A DNA stretch of 64,000 nucleotides, from positions 1,922,001-1,986,000 of the forward strand of contig MU058636.1 of assembly GCA_013265495.1 (NCBI GenBank). Reading direction: 5' to 3'. How positions within the stretch are numbered: position 1 is the first letter of the stretch; every line of letters begins with the position of its first letter. The notes under the pieces were generated by a model. It did not search any database and had not been told where the DNA came from. It worked only from the letters and a program-made list of their open reading frames with translations. The translations under genes and the position numbers were made by a program. Positions 59,892 to 64,000 of this stretch are shown in pieces. The DNA is from Vicugna vicugna (Eukaryota).

Positions 59892-62800
59892 GTAAAAATA
59901 ATTTTATTAGACATTTTTGAAAGTGAATATTTTGGCTGCTTTCTCTGTGGGGGTGGGGGGGTGGCTTAGCTGATACACTTAGGTGATTTAAAATTTTTTT
60001 TTTATTTTTAATTTTTATCAAAGTAAGGTTAGTGACCCATTAACTAAATGATTTTATTTGGTGGCTTCTTGAGTGTTCTCTGTTTATAGTATATTTTCCT
60101 TTTGTTTTATTAAATATAGTTTTCCTTCTTTGGATTTTGTTAACAGTTAATTTTAATTATTTTTAACACACAAAGCTTTCCAGGGTACTACATTAAAAAA
60201 TCATTATGTAAAATTTATTACAGAAAATCTAATTTATTTGGAATCTGAACAATAGGAAGCTCCATATATTGTCTTTTTGTACATTTTTACTAGGAAATAA
60301 AAATTGTATGTAAAGAAACTTGTCAAGTGTTGGCTCTAAAACCAACTTTAATGGTATGTTGCCAAAGAGTTATTACAGATACATTTCAGTCTTTGCATTG
60401 TCAGTGCTAATGAAAATGAATTTTTGTAACTCATAGGCTAGCTTTTGTATAACACTGAATCTGAAGTAACTACAAAATAATCTGTTATATTCCATTTGAA
60501 TTTGAATTATAGTTATTCTCATATAAAGAATTTGGTAATTGTATAATACAGATAGCTCTATTAATCAAAATTTCAGTTTAACTAGAAGTAGAATATCTTT
60601 CCTCCCAAACTTTGAGTAAATTATCATTTTTAATATATTGCTAGCCAAAAGCCTATATATAATCCCACATACACATACCACACACAGAAAAGATGGAACA
60701 AAGTTAAAAAATTGGTTCTATTTCTGTTACCAACCTTGTATTATAAAGGGTTCCACAGTATTTTGGTCTGTTTAGTATTATTGCCATATCAGTATCTGTG
60801 TTGCCTTGGGCACAGAAATAAAGAAGTTATTCCAAAACTATTGCAAAACATGGTATTTGTCCCAACTGAAATTTTGGTAGTATTTTTCTAAATATAAGGA
60901 AAAACAGGGAAATGGGAGTCCACATGATCAAAGACTTAAAATTTCAATGGAAAGTTTTGGACATGTCAATTATAACTAGTAATATAGCTTACTGAATTTT
61001 TGTTTTTGGAATCAGGAGAGAGATTTGACGTGAATTGTTAGAATTATTTTTCAGTTTTAAAAAGAAAGTCCGAAAATAAATTGGGCCCTGATTATGTAAG
61101 AACAGATCCTAGTGGAACTGGAGCTGCTTGTCGGTTGTGGGGTGAAGCACTGACCGTGCAGAGGGCTAGCCCCTTGACCTCCCCCAACTTGTATCTCTTA
61201 TCTCAGTGTCCGTTTGAGGTGCTTCTTTTTATCACAGCTTGAAAAATCATTAGGTTAGTTTAATAATATATGCTGGAATTATGCTTTAGTTTTAATTTTT
61301 AAAAAGCTAGATATGCATTCAGTGTGCTAAAGATTGAATTGGTGGTATCTGAATCTAATATTTCAAATACTAATACTATTTTGTGCTTCACATATATATG
61401 TATATTTTTAAGGATATGAAGAATGCCTTATTAGTTTGCTCTAATACTGGAAGAGCAGTAATACCTTACACTATCTGTTGAAGTTGAAAAATACCCACCT
61501 GGTGTCCATTATTGTCCTTGTGGATTCCTGAATTGGGCACCTGGTATTGTTTATGCAGAGCAAAGAGCATATCAGTACACTTTTTTTCTTTTGGGGTTTC
61601 TATCTTTTTGTTCTATAAGAGAAATGATTTATATAAATAAATTCTGCACTAATTCTTTTTAATTTTTTGCATATAAAACTTTTAAAGGATTGTGTAGTCA
61701 GGCATATTAATCTTTCCTTTTTCTATTGTTTCCTTTCCTTTAAAGCTTAGGTCTTCTCAATTCTAAGGTCAGAGAAATATTTATCTGTTTTATTTTAGTG
61801 ATATATAGCTGTATTTCTTTTAAATTGTTACCTTGTGCCAGGCACTGTGCTAAGCTCTTTATGTATTTTGTGTCTTTTGGTCTTCCAAATAGCTTATGGG
61901 ACAAATTTTATTGTTAAATGAAAAAGTGTCTGCAGAGAAGCTAAGTAACGTTAGGATGAAACGGTAGTCGGTAGAGGAGCCGAAATTTGAATCTACTTTT
62001 GTCAGGCCTCAGAATCTCTTCACTTCTTGTAACATGGCTCTGACTGTATTATTGTGATAATTGGCTCAATTATCTAACTGGTAACTGAACTTCTATAGGA
62101 CAACTTTTTTTAAGGATGAGAATGCATACTTAGTTTTCAAGACATGGACTGTAACTTATGCATAACTCTACAGTATTTATGAGGCCAGTCTTTTTCCCTC
62201 GTGATCCATTTTTTTTTTCTCAGTGACATTTCTTTCTAGAAATTTAAACATTTCTTTACACTGATTTCTTAATCTTGTCCTGACATCTTTTTGGAAAACA
62301 AATTTTGGAAACAGAAGTTTTTCCACTTCTGAAAACAAAAGAAAACTAACCAAACAACTAACACAAATCTTAAAACAAATACAACAATAACAAAAACTTT
62401 CTTTGAAAATTTCTACCTGAATCATTTGTAAGTGCATTTATTTGCTTCAGTGCCAGATTTCTTTCAAGAGCCCTATGATTCCCACCTAGTGCTTAATAAT
62501 CTTTTATTTATTTTCTACCAAGAATCTCATGATATGGAATAGTCTGTCTCCTGAACTCATGACAATTGTAAAACAGTCATGCATGCTTTCATTCTAAAAA
62601 AATATATGTATATAATATGCTAATCAGAAAATAAAAGAAACTTAATATTTTCCTTATATTGTACAGGTAGGTTGGTGGAGTCTAAATTTATTTTTCATAT
62701 GGCTATTGGAGATACTGATAGGGCCCATCTGGCCTCCTTTACTGCTTTTGTGGAGTTCCCTCCTAGGGAGTCTTGAAATGGATTCTATTCTTTTCTCTGC

Positions 62801-64000
62801 TTTCTTTACAACCCATTTTTTCCTTCAATGCTTGCAGTTTGGTGTTGTCAAAATTTTGCTGAAACTGCTCTCAAAGTTTATCAGAGATCTCCTTAATCAA
62901 CAGACCCAGCAGTTCGCTCCAATACTTAGTACTGCTGGCTGCCTTTTTATTTGAAACTCTTTCCTGTGTGCATTCTTGACTCTATTTCATCCCTGGCTTC
63001 TTGTGAGCTTCTATCCTTGACTCACTTCTTCTTTGCTTTCCCTTGTATGCCTAAAGTCTTAAATTTTTATTTCTATTAGAAGTGTGTTCTGAGTTCAAGA
63101 CCCAAATCTTTCATGCCTCCTCGTATCCTTGCATGTAGATACAGATCCCTCTGTCACTGCAGATTTGGCATGTCTGAAACAGTGTGTGTTTTCTGTTCTC
63201 CAGATACACTGCTTTTTTTTATATTCTCTTACGTTCCTTCTTCAGTTAATGGCTTTATCATCTTCCCAGTTACTGAGACTACATATCTTCACTTCTTCCC
63301 TGTTATCACCCACATTCCACCATTTATTATGAGAAGGAAATTACTGAGGTTTGACTGCCCATTAATTGAAAGATGATGCATTGGGCAGCTTACATTTACC
63401 ATCATATTAAAGCCTTACCACAATGATGACATATTATCCCCATTTGACAAATGTGGAAATTGCAATTTAGAAAAGGCTTATTCTTAGTAAGTGATACAGA
63501 TGGGATTCCAGCCCAGATGTATTAAATTTTAGTCCTGAGATTTCCTACTGTATCTTCTGCCTCCAATCCCCATTCCTTAAAATTCTGCAGTATCTTTTTC
63601 TTCTTTCCTTTTTTTAATACAACTGACATAGAATATACCCTAAGTGTATTTTCTGAATAATTTTTGTCAAATCCCTTCAGGGTCTGTTCTGCCTTTTAGG
63701 GCTGTCTCTTTTTAACTGTCTGAACATACTAAATTCTAATCATATGGAATCTTTCATACCTTATATGATATGAAATGCACTGTCAGTTCTCAGTACCTTT
63801 ATATCTCTGTACCATTGTAAATCGAGACTAAAAAAAAAATCTTTCTTCCCTTTGCCTTTGAGAGTAGCTCAAATGCTACCTTTTCTGTAAATACTTGTTC
63901 CAACACTTCAAAGAAAATTTTTTTTACTGTTTTCACAATACTTGGTGTCATTTAACTGTTTATCTCATTCTGTTTTATATTAAGTTCGTTCACCTGTTTA

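Overview
Mammalian genomic DNA, most likely a camelid (judged from Vic-1-like tRNA-derived SINEs), covering the head-to-head FLT3/PAN3 locus. A CpG island at ~2.85-4.02 kb holds the promoter and coding exon 1 of FLT3 on the minus strand (MPALARLGGRLPLL, then a GTAAGG donor); 1-3409 is FLT3 intron 1. About 24 kb of repeat-rich intergenic DNA follows (L1, L2, MLT1, ERVL, hAT/Tigger, SINEs). A second CpG island at ~27.3-28.85 kb holds the PAN3 promoter and exon 1 (CCCH zinc finger). PAN3 coding exons 1-5 (430, 122, 67, 71 and 162 nt) have canonical AG/GT ends and join into one open frame of 284 codons; the gene continues past the window. No prokaryotic-type or plainly foreign system is visible. 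The most interesting signals are regulatory: (1) a PAN3 uORF whose stop overlaps the main start (ATGA); (2) a repeat-poor hub upstream of the 54-aa cassette exon 5, with three CCAAT boxes, an orphan perfect donor (alternative first exon or 9-nt TGA-GAA-TAG poison microexon), a predicted G.U-rich hairpin competing with G-tracts, and UAG clusters; (3) ATA in place of the Met that I recall starting the human Pan3L/Pan3S ORFs; (4) a 14-bp direct repeat bracketing exon 4. Repeat subfamily names and comparisons with human come from recall and need database confirmation; repeat boundaries are approximate.
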